Source: Candidatus Omnitrophota bacterium (GTDB lineage Bacteria; Omnitrophota; Gorgyraeia; Gygaellales; Profunditerraquicolaceae). Taken from it: a stretch of 39,921 nucleotides of DNA. Position numbers and translations under genes: made by a program. The notes below the pieces were generated by a model. That model was not told the origin of the DNA. It worked only from the letters and a program-made list of their open reading frames with translations, and did not search any database. Of the stretch, positions 18,555 through 28,710 are shown piece by piece; within the stretch, counting starts at the first letter, position 1; each line of letters starts with the position of its first letter. Location of the stretch: NCBI GenBank assembly GCA_049517335.1, contig JBEKSD010000014.1:1-39921 (forward strand). The letters run 5' to 3'.

Positions 18555-19519
18555 TGGCATACCGTAAATCGCAAAATTTAAGGCCAGAGATAGTTTTTCT
18601 TATGGGTCCGACTGCAGCAGGCAAGACCGACACAGCCGTCTATTTAGCTGAAAAGTTAAACTCGGAAATTGTGTCGTGCGACTCTATGCAGATTTATAAA
18701 GATATGGATATTATGACTTCAAAGCCCGTAGGATGCGTGTTGAAAAAAACCCGTCATCATTTAATAGGGGTAGTTTCTCCGGAAAATGAGTATAATGTTT
18801 CAAAATACAGATTAGACGCCCTTAGAGCGATAAAGAAAATCATTAAAAGGGGCAAGGTTCCTCTTTTTGTCGGAGGAACAGGGCTTTATATGACTATATT
18901 GCTCGATGGTATTTTTAATCTGAAAGTTAAAAGCCAAAAAATGAGGGAACGCCTTTATAAGCAGGCAGAAAAGTCCGGAAGCGCTTATTTACATAAAAAA
19001 CTTCAGAAAATTGACCCCGATGCGGCGGCTAAAATTCACCCTAACGATTTGAAACGGATTATCCGGGCGCTTGAAGTATATGAAGTTACCGGTAAGCCGA
19101 TATCTATGCTGCAGAAAAACAGGCATGGGCTTTGGGATGAATATGGCGTAAAAATATTTTGTTTAGATATGGAGAGGGGTAAGCTCTATAACAGGATTGA
19201 CAGCCGTGTGGAGAAAATGTTTAAAAAAGGCTTAATTAAAGAAGCTAAAAGACTACTGAATATGAAATTAAGTAGAACTGCTTCGGCTGCCATAGGCTTA
19301 AAGGAAGTTAAGGGTTATTTAGAGGGTTCTTACGGGCTTCAGGAAACAAAAGAGCTTATGAAGCGCAATACCCGCCAATACGCAAAAAAACAGCTCACTT
19401 GGTTCAGGAAAGATAAAAGGATTCAATGGATTAATGTAGCGCAGAACGATACACCTGCAAAAATAACCGAAAGGATATGGAAAGGAATTAATGGAAAAAG
19501 CGCTTCTCGTAACGGTTAA
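18554..19519 (+). CDS. miaA: tRNA dimethylallyltransferase
   Basis: [38 protein letters not shown]. Confidence 0.97.
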   Translation: MAYRKSQNLRPEIVFLMGPTAAGKTDTAVYLAEKLNSEIVSCDSMQIYKDMDIMTSKPVGCVLKKTRHHLIGVVSPENEYNVSKYRLDALRAIKKIIKRGKVPLFVGGTGLYMTILLDGIFNLKVKSQKMRERLYKQAEKSGSAYLHKKLQKIDPDAAAKIHPNDLKRIIRALEVYEVTGKPISMLQKNRHGLWDEYGVKIFCLDMERGKLYNRIDSRVEKMFKKGLIKEAKRLLNMKLSRTASAAIGLKEVKGYLEGSYGLQETKELMKRNTRQYAKKQLTWFRKDKRIQWINVAQNDTPAKITERIWKGINGKSASRNG

Positions 19520-20753
19520 ATTTAAAAACAAAAAAGAAAACTGGAGTTTTGAAGACATTGCGCAGGAGTTAGAAGAGTTGACTGCTACTGCGGGCGCTGA
19601 GATGTTTGATAATATAACCTGCCTGCTTGAGAAGACTACCGCGAATTTATTTATCGGAAAGGGAAAGGCGGAGGAAATCAGTTTGATTTGTCAGGAAGAA
19701 AAGATTGATAGCGTAATTTTCAGCTCCGACCTTACCGGTACCCAGCAAAGAAATTTAGAAGATGTAATCGGCAGGAAGGTTGTGGATCGCACCCAACTCA
19801 TACTTGATATATTCGCCAAACATGCCCGCAGCCCGGAAGGGAAAATGCAAGTTGAACTTGCCCAGCTTCAGTACCTATTACCCCGTCTTATAGGAAAAGG
19901 CCTGATTTTATCCCGCACAGGCGGCGGCATCGGAACCAGCGGCCCGGGCGAGACAAGGCTGGAAGTTGACCGGCGCAGAATTCGTAAGAGGATTGACGGC
20001 CTGAAGGAAGATTTAAAACATTATTCCCTACATCGCAAGACTATGAGAAAAAAAAGGCAGGAGAATACGATTCCGACGGTTGCGCTTGTCGGTTATACCA
20101 ACGCCGGGAAATCAACCCTGTTAAACACGCTGACTCAAGGAAGCCAGTTAGTTGCAGACAGTTTGTTTACTACGCTTGATACGGCTTCCAAAGCGCTGCA
20201 GTTGCCTAACGGGGAAAACATTATCCTTTCCGATACGGTAGGTTTTTTAAACGATTTGCCTCACCATTTAATAGAAGCATTTAAGGCGACATTAGAAGAG
20301 GTTGTCGAAGCAGACCTGCTAATTCATGTTCTGGACGTAAGTCATAGTCGGCTTTATGAGCACGCCGCTGCAGTATTTACTGTGTTAAAAGAACTTGGCG
20401 CGCACCAGAAACCGATAATTACTGCCTTAAATAAAATTGACCTTATTGATGAGCCCGCAAAGTTAGAGCGATTAAAAGCAGATTTCAATAATCCCGTGTT
20501 GATTTCGGCAAAATTAAAAGACAATTTGGGGCAATTGTTAGATGAAATACAAAAGAATTTCTCAGGCCGGATGGCTGACCTCAGTGTTTTAGTGCCCCAT
20601 TCAAGGATGGATTTAGTTGATTTATTTTACCGGGAAGGTAAAGTCAGGGATATACAATACGCGCAGGAAGGAATTAGGGTTAAGCTTTCATTGCCAAAAA
20701 TCCTCGCTCAGAAATTAGTGAGCTCTAAGCAAATAACCATTAGGGAGGGTTGA
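19491..20753 (+). CDS. hflX: GTPase HflX
   Basis: [36 protein letters not shown]. Confidence 0.97.
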   Translation: MEKALLVTVKFKNKKENWSFEDIAQELEELTATAGAEMFDNITCLLEKTTANLFIGKGKAEEISLICQEEKIDSVIFSSDLTGTQQRNLEDVIGRKVVDRTQLILDIFAKHARSPEGKMQVELAQLQYLLPRLIGKGLILSRTGGGIGTSGPGETRLEVDRRRIRKRIDGLKEDLKHYSLHRKTMRKKRQENTIPTVALVGYTNAGKSTLLNTLTQGSQLVADSLFTTLDTASKALQLPNGENIILSDTVGFLNDLPHHLIEAFKATLEEVVEADLLIHVLDVSHSRLYEHAAAVFTVLKELGAHQKPIITALNKIDLIDEPAKLERLKADFNNPVLISAKLKDNLGQLLDEIQKNFSGRMADLSVLVPHSRMDLVDLFYREGKVRDIQYAQEGIRVKLSLPKILAQKLVSSKQITIREG

Positions 20754-20777
20754 CAAAGAGATTAAATATGTTAAAAT
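20750..20777 (+). promoter_or_regulatory. Sigma70-type promoter of the heat-shock operon
   Basis: TTGACA (20750-20755, overlapping the hflX stop), 16 bp spacer, TAAAAT (20772-20777), extended -10 TG. Confidence 0.75.
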
Positions 20778-20783
20778 AATCCT

Positions 20784-20810
20784 TTAGCAGTCTTAAGGTA
20801 AGAGTGCTAA
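20784..20810 (+). promoter_or_regulatory. CIRCE operator (HrcA binding site)
   Basis: TTAGCAGTC-N9-GAGTGCTAA, one mismatch to consensus TTAGCACTC-N9-GAGTGCTAA, immediately upstream of hrcA. Confidence 0.95.
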
Positions 20811-20823
20811 TGGAGATTTAATT

Positions 20824-21561
20824 ATGGTAAGGCACGTAGATTATGAGTCCAGAAAGAAGTCTGTTCTTGGTGCCACTATAAATCAATATATTCGCGAGGC
20901 AATACCCGTTGCCTCTGACGATATTGCTTCTTATTTTGATTTAAGTCCGGCAACCATCAGGAATATATTCGTCGAGCTGGAACATTCTGGTTATCTTACT
21001 CATCCCTATACTTCGGGGGGCCGCATACCTACCGACAAAGGGTATCGTTATTACGTGGATTTTCTTCTCTTCCAGATGGAGCTGCTTACAGGTGAAAAAG
21101 AACAGATTTCCCTACAGTTCAAGCGAGAGGTCAAAGAGCTGGATAAAGCGTTGGAGAATGCTACTGAAGTAATCGCTTCGCTTACGCATTGTACGGGCAT
21201 TGTTTACTTTCAGGAGTGGCAGGATAAATACTTTTATAAGGGCGTAAGCCGTATCTTAGAGCAGCCGGAATTCCGTAATTTTGAAAAAATGCGCACGTTA
21301 ATAAAACTCCTTGAAGAGAAACAAAATATCCTTGAGATAATCAATAGGGATTTCTCGGATAAAGTTAAAGTATATATCGGGGAGGAAACGGGTTTTTCTG
21401 AAATTGATAATTGTTCTCTTGTTGTCTCAAACTACCGCCACAGGAACAAACCATCCGGCAAGCTGGCAGTTTTAGGGCCGGCGCGAATGGAGTATAATCA
21501 CATCATCCCGACTTTAGAGTATATCTCTATGGTCCTGACCGATGTCCTGGATAATATTTAA
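20824..21561 (+). CDS. hrcA: Heat-inducible transcription repressor HrcA (short form)
   Basis: wHTH with SPATIRN and TSGGRIPTDKGYRYYVD; C-terminal YIGEE and VLGPARMEY; CIRCE upstream, grpE downstream. Confidence 0.93.
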   Translation: MVRHVDYESRKKSVLGATINQYIREAIPVASDDIASYFDLSPATIRNIFVELEHSGYLTHPYTSGGRIPTDKGYRYYVDFLLFQMELLTGEKEQISLQFKREVKELDKALENATEVIASLTHCTGIVYFQEWQDKYFYKGVSRILEQPEFRNFEKMRTLIKLLEEKQNILEIINRDFSDKVKVYIGEETGFSEIDNCSLVVSNYRHRNKPSGKLAVLGPARMEYNHIIPTLEYISMVLTDVLDNI

Positions 21562-21566
21562 ATAAT

Positions 21567-22094
21567 ATGGGAAACGATAAAAATAACCACACAGCTCCGG
21601 AAAAAGAAGAAAAATTAATTACCCTGAAAGAACAGGAATATCTTAAACTAAAGGGGGAGGCTGAAAAAGGGAAAGAAAGCTGGGATAAACTTTTAAGGAT
21701 GCAGGCTGATTTTGAAAATACGCGTAAACGCCTTGAACGCGAGAAACAGGATTTTATAAAATTCGCCAATGAAGGCCTGATACTTGAGCTCCTGAATATT
21801 TTAGACGATCTTGAACGCGTAGTTAATTCGGCTGAGTTAAAAAATGAGGATATGCCGGCATTTTTAAAGGGCGTTGAGATGATTTTAGCCCATATTTATG
21901 AAATGCTCAAAGAGCATGGGGTAAAGTCCGTTGAAGCAGAGGGGAAATTGTTTGACCCGAATTTTCATGAAGCGCTTATGCAGGTTGAAAATAAAGACCT
22001 ACCTGAACACACGGTGGTAGAAGAGCTGCAAAAAGGTTATTTATTGAACGACCGAGTAATCCGGACGGCAAAAGTAAAAGTTTCAAAGAAATAA
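21567..22094 (+). CDS. grpE: Nucleotide exchange factor GrpE
   Basis: [35 protein letters not shown]. Confidence 0.97.
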   Translation: MGNDKNNHTAPEKEEKLITLKEQEYLKLKGEAEKGKESWDKLLRMQADFENTRKRLEREKQDFIKFANEGLILELLNILDDLERVVNSAELKNEDMPAFLKGVEMILAHIYEMLKEHGVKSVEAEGKLFDPNFHEALMQVENKDLPEHTVVEELQKGYLLNDRVIRTAKVKVSKK

Positions 22095-22107
22095 GAAGGA
22101 GGAAATC

Positions 22108-23982
22108 ATGGCAAAGGTAATAGGCATAGACTTGGGTACTTCTAATTCAGCGGCTGCGGCAATGGAAGGCGGCAGGCCGGTAATCATCCCTTCGGCAGAA
22201 GGTGCGGGCGTTGCTTCAGGGAAAGCATTCCCTTCTTTTGTCGCATTTACCAAAGACGGCCAGCGCTTAGTCGGCGAGCCGGCAAGAAGGCAAGCGGCAA
22301 TTAATGCCGAAGGCACAATTCAGGCCGCAAAGCGCAAGATGGGGACTGATTATAAATTTAAGGTTTACGGGAAGGAGTATACCCCTCAACAAATATCCGC
22401 GTTCATTTTGCAAAAAATAAAACAGGATTCCGAAGCCTATCTTGGCGATAAGATTGAGGAAGCGGTAATAACCTGCCCGGCATATTTTGATGATAACCAG
22501 AGGACCGCGACAAAGGACGCCGGAGAGATCGCCGGTTTAAAGGTCTTAAGGGTTATCAACGAGCCTACGGCAGCATGCCTTGCTTACGGGTTGGAAAAAT
22601 CGCAGAAAGAACAGAGGATAATGGTGTTTGATTTAGGAGGCGGGACCCTGGATGTTACCGTTATGGAAATGGCTCAGGGCGTATTTGAGGTTAAATCTAC
22701 CTCTGGAGATACCCAGCTCGGCGGCACCGATATGGATAACATCCTAATTGATTATATTGCCAATCAATTTAAGCGCGAAACAGGGATTGATTTAAAAGGA
22801 GACAAAATGGCTATGCAGCGCCTGCGTGAAGCTGCTGAAAAAGCCAAGGTTGAGCTTTCTAGTACGTTAACCACTGATATTAACCTGCCTTTTATTACAG
22901 CTGATGCTACGGGACCAAAACACCTGACTATGTCTATTAACCGGGCAAAGCTAGAAGAATTGGTCGGGCCGATCATTGAACGGTGCAGGCATCCGATGGA
23001 GCAGGCCATTAGCGACGCAAAATTAACAGGCACAGGTATTGATAAGATAATTATGGTCGGCGGCCCAACGAGAATGCCCATAGTTCAAAAGTTCGTTGAA
23101 GATTATGTCGGAAAAAAAATCGAGCGCGGGGTTGACCCGATGGAATGCGTGGCGCTGGGTGCTGCGATTCAGGCGGCAATTATCAAGGGAGAAGTCAAAG
23201 ACGTCCTTCTGTTGGACGTTACCCCTCTTTCTTTGGGTATAGAAACGCTGGGAGGGGTAAGTACTAAGCTTATTGAGAGAAATACCACTATTCCGACAAA
23301 AAAATCACAGGTTTTTTCAACTGCCGCGGATAACCAAACCGCGGTTACCATCCGGGTACTACAGGGCGAGCGGCCGATGGCGGACGATAATGTAGAGCTG
23401 GGCAGGTTTGATTTAGTCGGTATCCCCGCAGCTCCCCGCGGAGTCCCTCAGATTGAAGTTGCCTTTGATATTGACGCTAACGGCATTGTCCATGTTTCAG
23501 CTAAGGATTTAGGCACGGGTAAAGAGCAGTCAATACGCATCAGCGCGCCTAAAAAACTTTCCAAGGAAGAAATTGATAAGATGGTTAAAGATGCCGAGAA
23601 ATTTGCAGCCGAAGATACCAAGAGAAAAGAAGAAGTTGAAATAATAAATCAGGCGGATAATTTAGCTTATGCCACTGAGAAATCTTTAAAAGATTACGGT
23701 GATAAGGTCAGCCAAGCTGAGCGCGCCGATATTGAAACAAAACTTAATGATTTAAAAACCGCAATCAAAGACAAAAATGTGGACAGGATTAAGCGGAGTA
23801 TGGATGAGTTGACTAAGGCCTCGCATAAGTTAGCTGAAGAAATTTATAAACAGGCCTCGGCAAAACAACAACAGGGACCAAAAGCTCAAGGAGCAGCAGA
23901 GCAGGAAAAGAGCGAAGAGCAGGGTGAAGAAAAGAAAAAGGGCGACGATATAATTGACGCCGACTTCAAGGAAGAAAAATAA
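22108..23982 (+). CDS. dnaK: Chaperone DnaK (Hsp70)
   Basis: [48 protein letters not shown]. Confidence 0.98.
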   Translation: MAKVIGIDLGTSNSAAAAMEGGRPVIIPSAEGAGVASGKAFPSFVAFTKDGQRLVGEPARRQAAINAEGTIQAAKRKMGTDYKFKVYGKEYTPQQISAFILQKIKQDSEAYLGDKIEEAVITCPAYFDDNQRTATKDAGEIAGLKVLRVINEPTAACLAYGLEKSQKEQRIMVFDLGGGTLDVTVMEMAQGVFEVKSTSGDTQLGGTDMDNILIDYIANQFKRETGIDLKGDKMAMQRLREAAEKAKVELSSTLTTDINLPFITADATGPKHLTMSINRAKLEELVGPIIERCRHPMEQAISDAKLTGTGIDKIIMVGGPTRMPIVQKFVEDYVGKKIERGVDPMECVALGAAIQAAIIKGEVKDVLLLDVTPLSLGIETLGGVSTKLIERNTTIPTKKSQVFSTAADNQTAVTIRVLQGERPMADDNVELGRFDLVGIPAAPRGVPQIEVAFDIDANGIVHVSAKDLGTGKEQSIRISAPKKLSKEEIDKMVKDAEKFAAEDTKRKEEVEIINQADNLAYATEKSLKDYGDKVSQAERADIETKLNDLKTAIKDKNVDRIKRSMDELTKASHKLAEEIYKQASAKQQQGPKAQGAAEQEKSEEQGEEKKKGDDIIDADFKEEK

Positions 23983-23989
23983 GTAAAGA

Positions 23990-25144
23990 ATGACTACTAA
24001 ACGCGACTACTATGAGATTCTGGGAGTAAAGAAGAATGCTACCCTTGATGAAATAAAGAAAACATACCGGGAACTGGCTTTACGTTTTCATCCGGACAGG
24101 GTTCCTCATGAGCAGAAGAAAGAGGCTGAAGAAAAATTTAAAGAAATCTCCGAGGCTTACGCAGTGCTTTCTGATTCAAGTAAGCGCGCGCTTTATGACC
24201 AATACGGCCACGCCGGAATAGACCAAAGGTATGCTGAAGAAGATATATTCAAGGGGGCGGATTTTTCAAGCGTGTTTCAGGGAATGGGTGATTTCGGACT
24301 TGGCGGGGGAATATTTGAGGAAATATTCAGCGATCTCGGCTTTGATATTTTTGGGTCAAGAGGCAGGGTTTCAGGGTCTCGTCGCAGAGGCAGAGACCTT
24401 CAAATTTCCGTAGAGATATCCCTTGAGGAAGCAGCGCAGGGGGTAGAAAAAACCATTACCGTTCCGCGTTATGAAGTATGTTCCACTTGTTCCGGAAGCG
24501 GGGCAAAACCGGGAAGCAAAAAAATAACCTGCCCGCAATGCCGCGGTTCCGGCCGCACAGTGGTATCTAGCGGCTATTTTCAACTCGCCCAGACTTGTCC
24601 GCGTTGCAGTGGAGAAGGCGCAATCATCCAGTCCCCTTGCCCTAATTGCCGTGGTGAAGGAAAAATGAAGGTAACGCGCAAGATTAAAGTAAATATACCC
24701 GCGGGAGTAGATACGGGTTCTAATCTAAGGGTTAGAAGCGAAGGCGAATCAGGGACATCCGCAAGGGGCGACCTTTATGTGATTATTGAAGTAAAGCAGC
24801 ACCCTGTTTTCAAAAGGCATGGAAATGACCTGCTTATTGAAATTAATATAAGTTTGAGTAAGGCTATTCTCGGTGCCGAGATAGAAGTCCCGACGTTGAC
24901 AGGTCATGTAAGAATGAAGATTCCGGCCGGCACGCAGAGCGGCAAGATTTTCCGCTTAAAAGAAAAAGGGATTCCCGACGTTCACGGTAGGTCAATAGGG
25001 GATGAGTTAGCCAGGGTTAATGTGGAAATTCCGGTTAATTTGACTCCTACGCAGCGTAAGCTCATTGAAGAATTTGCCTCCCTGTCAGGAGAAACTGTTG
25101 ACGAGGAAACCTTTACAGATAAAATAAGGAGAACTTTTAAATAG
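23990..25144 (+). CDS. dnaJ: Chaperone DnaJ
   Basis: J-domain with HPD, G/F region, four CxxCxGxG repeats. Confidence 0.97.
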   Translation: MTTKRDYYEILGVKKNATLDEIKKTYRELALRFHPDRVPHEQKKEAEEKFKEISEAYAVLSDSSKRALYDQYGHAGIDQRYAEEDIFKGADFSSVFQGMGDFGLGGGIFEEIFSDLGFDIFGSRGRVSGSRRRGRDLQISVEISLEEAAQGVEKTITVPRYEVCSTCSGSGAKPGSKKITCPQCRGSGRTVVSSGYFQLAQTCPRCSGEGAIIQSPCPNCRGEGKMKVTRKIKVNIPAGVDTGSNLRVRSEGESGTSARGDLYVIIEVKQHPVFKRHGNDLLIEINISLSKAILGAEIEVPTLTGHVRMKIPAGTQSGKIFRLKEKGIPDVHGRSIGDELARVNVEIPVNLTPTQRKLIEEFASLSGETVDEETFTDKIRRTFK

Positions 25145-25160
25145 AAAGAGGGGTTTATAT

Positions 25161-25415
25161 ATGCCAACTTATGATTATGAATGCACGCATTGCGGTAATG
25201 CCTTTGAAGTTTTTCAGCAGATAAACGATAAAGTTTTGGAAAAATGCCCGAAGTGTAATAAAAAACTGAAAAGATTAATCGGCGTAGGAAGCGGGATAAT
25301 ATTTAAAGGTTCTGGCTTTTACGCTACTGATTACCGCAAGAAAGGCGCCAGTGAACCAGCAAAAAGTTGCCCTAAAGCAAACGAAGGCTGCGCCGGGTGT
25401 TCTGGAGCGCAATAA
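25161..25415 (+). CDS. FmdB-family zinc-ribbon protein
   Basis: MPTYDYECTHCG...CPKC...FKGSGFYATDY, with a Cys-rich tail. Confidence 0.9.
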   Translation: MPTYDYECTHCGNAFEVFQQINDKVLEKCPKCNKKLKRLIGVGSGIIFKGSGFYATDYRKKGASEPAKSCPKANEGCAGCSGAQ

Positions 25416-25419
25416 TTAA

Positions 25420-26700
25420 GTGGCTAACATAAAGCCGTTTAAGGCGTTAGTTTATGATAGCGATAAGATTAAAGATTATGCGGACGTAGTTTGTCCACCA
25501 TATGATGTAATATCCGAAGCGGAGAAAGCGGCGTATTATGGGCGTTCGGAACAGAATTTAATACACGTGCTCCTGCCGGAATTCGGAAATGGGAAGGATA
25601 AATATCAGCATGCGGCGGAGATTTTGAAAAGCTGGATTAAGGAAGGCGTCCTGAAAGAGGAAGAAAAACCCGCCGTATATTTCTATAGCCAGCAATACAG
25701 CATCCGCGGAGAAAAAAAGACACGTTTAGGTTTTATCTCGCTCCTGCATTTGGGCGAAAACGGGTGCGCTGCCTTTGCCCATGAGAATACCCGCCAGGCG
25801 CCGAAAGATGACCGTTTTAACCTTATAAAACAAGTTAAAGCAAATTTAAGCCCCATCTTTGTCATCTTTCAGGACAAGAAACGTATTATCCAGAGGATAT
25901 TCCAGAAAAATATAGATGAGACTACCCCTTTAATCAAAGTTACTGATAATGAAAAGACCATCCATAAACTCTGGAAGATTGATTCACCTGAACTTATAAG
26001 TGCACTGGAAAAAGCGCTGGAAAAAGAAAACATATTTATTGCTGACGGCCACCACCGTTTTGAAGTAGCTTGTAATTACCGCGAGCTTATGCGTAGCAAA
26101 CTCGGTTCACTTACGGGAGAGGAAGATTTTAACTATATCATGACTTACTTTACCAATACCGACGCCCGCGGGCTTTCAATATTACCGACCCATCGACTGC
26201 TTAAATTGAATACAGCTTTTAATTTTGAAGAATTTAAGGATAAACTGAATGAATATTTTGAGGTTGAAGAAATTAAAGACAAAATTAAATTTTTCTTATT
26301 CCTTGAAAAGTGTAGCCGCAGCGAACACGTGATAGGTATATCTAAAAACGCAAAATACTGGCTCCTGCGTTTAAAGAACATTAAGATTCTAGACAGAATG
26401 ATCCCCGGACGGCCTAAAGAATACAGATCGCTGGACGCCGCTATTCTAAATACGATTATCTTTAAGCATATTTTGGGGTTTGACCCGGAAGAAAAAGGTA
26501 TTATTAGTTACAATCAGAATGCGGAAGAATTTATATCGGCCACGGAAGCTGATAGTACTTTTATTGCATTCTTTTTGAATCCGGTTAAAATTGAACAGGT
26601 AATAGCCGTGGCCACGGTACGAGACAAGATGCCTCCCAAATCAACTTATTTTTATCCTAAGGTTTTATCCGGCTTGCTTATCAATAAATTTAAAGACTAA
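25420..26700 (+). CDS. DUF1015 family protein
   Basis: CPPYDVI, HENT, NLSPIF, IADGHHR, MPPKSTYFYPK; GTG start. Confidence 0.92.
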   Translation: MANIKPFKALVYDSDKIKDYADVVCPPYDVISEAEKAAYYGRSEQNLIHVLLPEFGNGKDKYQHAAEILKSWIKEGVLKEEEKPAVYFYSQQYSIRGEKKTRLGFISLLHLGENGCAAFAHENTRQAPKDDRFNLIKQVKANLSPIFVIFQDKKRIIQRIFQKNIDETTPLIKVTDNEKTIHKLWKIDSPELISALEKALEKENIFIADGHHRFEVACNYRELMRSKLGSLTGEEDFNYIMTYFTNTDARGLSILPTHRLLKLNTAFNFEEFKDKLNEYFEVEEIKDKIKFFLFLEKCSRSEHVIGISKNAKYWLLRLKNIKILDRMIPGRPKEYRSLDAAILNTIIFKHILGFDPEEKGIISYNQNAEEFISATEADSTFIAFFLNPVKIEQVIAVATVRDKMPPKSTYFYPKVLSGLLINKFKD

Positions 26701-26704
26701 TACT

Positions 26705-27544
26705 ATGGCATTATTCGGTAAACCAAAATATACCATTGTCAGGCTTAAGAAAAAAGATATTCCGGAAGGTCTTTGGACCAAATGCGATGAATGTTCTGAA
26801 ACGCTTTTTAATAAAACCCTTGATGAAAATTTTAAAGTTTGCCCAAAATGTAACCACCATTTCCTTTTAACTGCCCACGAAAGAATAAACCTCCTTATTG
26901 ATGAAGGGACATTTACCGAGTTTGATAAAGATATGGTTTCCAGTGACCCTTTGGATTTCAAAGGACCCAAGACTTACAAGGATAAACTTGCTCAAGATCA
27001 AGCGGCAACCGGGTTAAAAGATGCGGTTATTTCTGGACAGGGTCTGTTGACCGGGGAAAAGACGATAATAGCTGTTACGGATTCGCGTTTTATTATGGGT
27101 TCCATGGGGTCGGTGGTCGGAGAAAAGATTACCCGTGCGATTGAGAAAGCAACCAAGGATAAGTTACCTATGGTAATAGTTTCCGGTTCCGGTGGAGGGG
27201 CAAGGATGTATGAAGGAATGTTCAGCCTGATGCAGATGGCAAAGACGTGCGCTGCCCTTGCGTATCATAAGGAAGCAAGGCTTCCGTATATCTCAGTCTT
27301 GACCAACCCCACTATGGCCGGAGTTATGGCTTCTTTTGCCGGAGTGGGCGATATAATCATTGCCGAACCGAAAGCGCTAATCGGGTTTACCGGACCACGG
27401 GTTATTGAACAAACTATAAGGCAGAAGCTTCCTTCGGGTTTCCAGCGTTCGGAGTTCTTGCTTGAACACGGCCTCATAGATATGATCATACAGCGCAAAG
27501 ACCTTAAATCAACTTTAAGCCGATTGCTTGACTATCTAGAATAA
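26705..27544 (+). CDS. accD: Acetyl-CoA carboxylase carboxyltransferase beta subunit
   Basis: LWTKCDEC...CPKC zinc finger, FIMGSMG, GGARMYEG, IGFTGPRVI, FQRSEFLLEHG. Confidence 0.96.
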   Translation: MALFGKPKYTIVRLKKKDIPEGLWTKCDECSETLFNKTLDENFKVCPKCNHHFLLTAHERINLLIDEGTFTEFDKDMVSSDPLDFKGPKTYKDKLAQDQAATGLKDAVISGQGLLTGEKTIIAVTDSRFIMGSMGSVVGEKITRAIEKATKDKLPMVIVSGSGGGARMYEGMFSLMQMAKTCAALAYHKEARLPYISVLTNPTMAGVMASFAGVGDIIIAEPKALIGFTGPRVIEQTIRQKLPSGFQRSEFLLEHGLIDMIIQRKDLKSTLSRLLDYLE

Positions 27545-27557
27545 TTAGGTATAAGAT
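27528..27557 (+). promoter_or_regulatory. Possible sigma70 promoter for the ABC ATPase/GGDEF genes
   Basis: TTGACT (27528-27533) with TATAAG at 16 bp or TAAGAT at 18 bp spacing. Confidence 0.35.
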
Positions 27558-27589
27558 TATTTTTATATGGCTAACTGGAGAGTTAAATA

Positions 27590-28693
27590 ATGGCACAGGT
27601 AAGTTTAAGGAGTGTTTCCAAGATATACCCCGGTAATGTCAGGGCGGTTGATAAAATAAGTTTGGGCATAGAAAATAAAGAGTTTATGGTCTTAGTCGGC
27701 CCCAGCGGATGCGGTAAATCAACGACGCTAAGGATGATTGCTGGCTTGGAAGAGATAAGCGAAGGTGAAATCTATATCAGCAATAAACTTGTTAACGATG
27801 TCCCAGCAAAAGACCGCGACATCGCGATGGTTTTTCAGAATTACGCGCTTTATCCACATATGACTGTTTTTGAGAATATGTCTTTTGGGTTGCGCCTGAG
27901 GCATATTCCTAAAAAAGAAATTATCCAGCGGGTAAACGAAGCGGCGGAAATACTGGGGATTAAACGCCTGCTGAGTCGCCGTCCCAAAGAGCTTTCCGGA
28001 GGAGAGAGGCAGCGCGTGGCTGTAGGTAGGGCCATTGTCAGAAAGCCCCTGGTTTTTTTATTTGACGAACCCTTAAGCAATCTGGATGCCAAAATGCGCG
28101 TCCAGATGCGTACTGAAATCCATAAACTGCACATCCGCCTCCAGACTACCATTATTTACGTTACCCATGATCAGGTAGAAGCGATGACTATGGGGGACAG
28201 GATTGCCGTAATGAAGGACGGCATCCTCCAGCAGGTAGCCGACCCCATCGGTGTTTACGACCGGCCTAAAAATAAATTTGTCGCAGGTTTTATCGGTTCT
28301 CCTCCGATGAATTTTATGCTCGGTAGGATTATCAAGAAAAATAATAAGCTGTATTTTGACGAAGGCAGGATTACGGTTAAGCTTGTTGAAGATATGCTCA
28401 CCGTAATGACTCCTTATACAGGTAAAGAGGTTTTTTTCGGCATACGCTCCGAAGACATTTACGATAAGCTCTTCGTTTCGGAAGCACCTCCTGAAAATAT
28501 CGTGAGAGTGAACTGCGAAGTCTATGAGCCGATGGGGTCCGAAGTTTACCTTTATCTTAATACCGGCAAACATACTTTTATCGCCCGGGTAGGCGCGCAT
28601 GACAAGCCTAAGGTAAATCAGGATATGGACCTTGTTTTTGACATGAGCAAAGTGCACTTTTTCGATAAAGATACCGAAGAAACAATAATTTAA
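27590..28693 (+). CDS. CUT1 sugar ABC transporter ATP-binding subunit (MalK/MsmX/UgpC-like)
   Basis: Walker A GPSGCGKST, VFQNYALYPH, LSGGERQR, FDEPLSNLD, YVTHDQ, C-terminal TOBE-type region. Confidence 0.95.
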   Translation: MAQVSLRSVSKIYPGNVRAVDKISLGIENKEFMVLVGPSGCGKSTTLRMIAGLEEISEGEIYISNKLVNDVPAKDRDIAMVFQNYALYPHMTVFENMSFGLRLRHIPKKEIIQRVNEAAEILGIKRLLSRRPKELSGGERQRVAVGRAIVRKPLVFLFDEPLSNLDAKMRVQMRTEIHKLHIRLQTTIIYVTHDQVEAMTMGDRIAVMKDGILQQVADPIGVYDRPKNKFVAGFIGSPPMNFMLGRIIKKNNKLYFDEGRITVKLVEDMLTVMTPYTGKEVFFGIRSEDIYDKLFVSEAPPENIVRVNCEVYEPMGSEVYLYLNTGKHTFIARVGAHDKPKVNQDMDLVFDMSKVHFFDKDTEETII

Positions 28694-28710
28694 AGTCAGG
28701 TAAGGCTTTT

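Noticed and set aside
28073-28657. 194-aa minus-strand ORF
   Set aside because: Antisense shadow of the conserved ABC ATPase; no motifs or SD. The same applies to the other minus-strand ORFs such as 12230-12718, 14098-14535 and 34514-34990.
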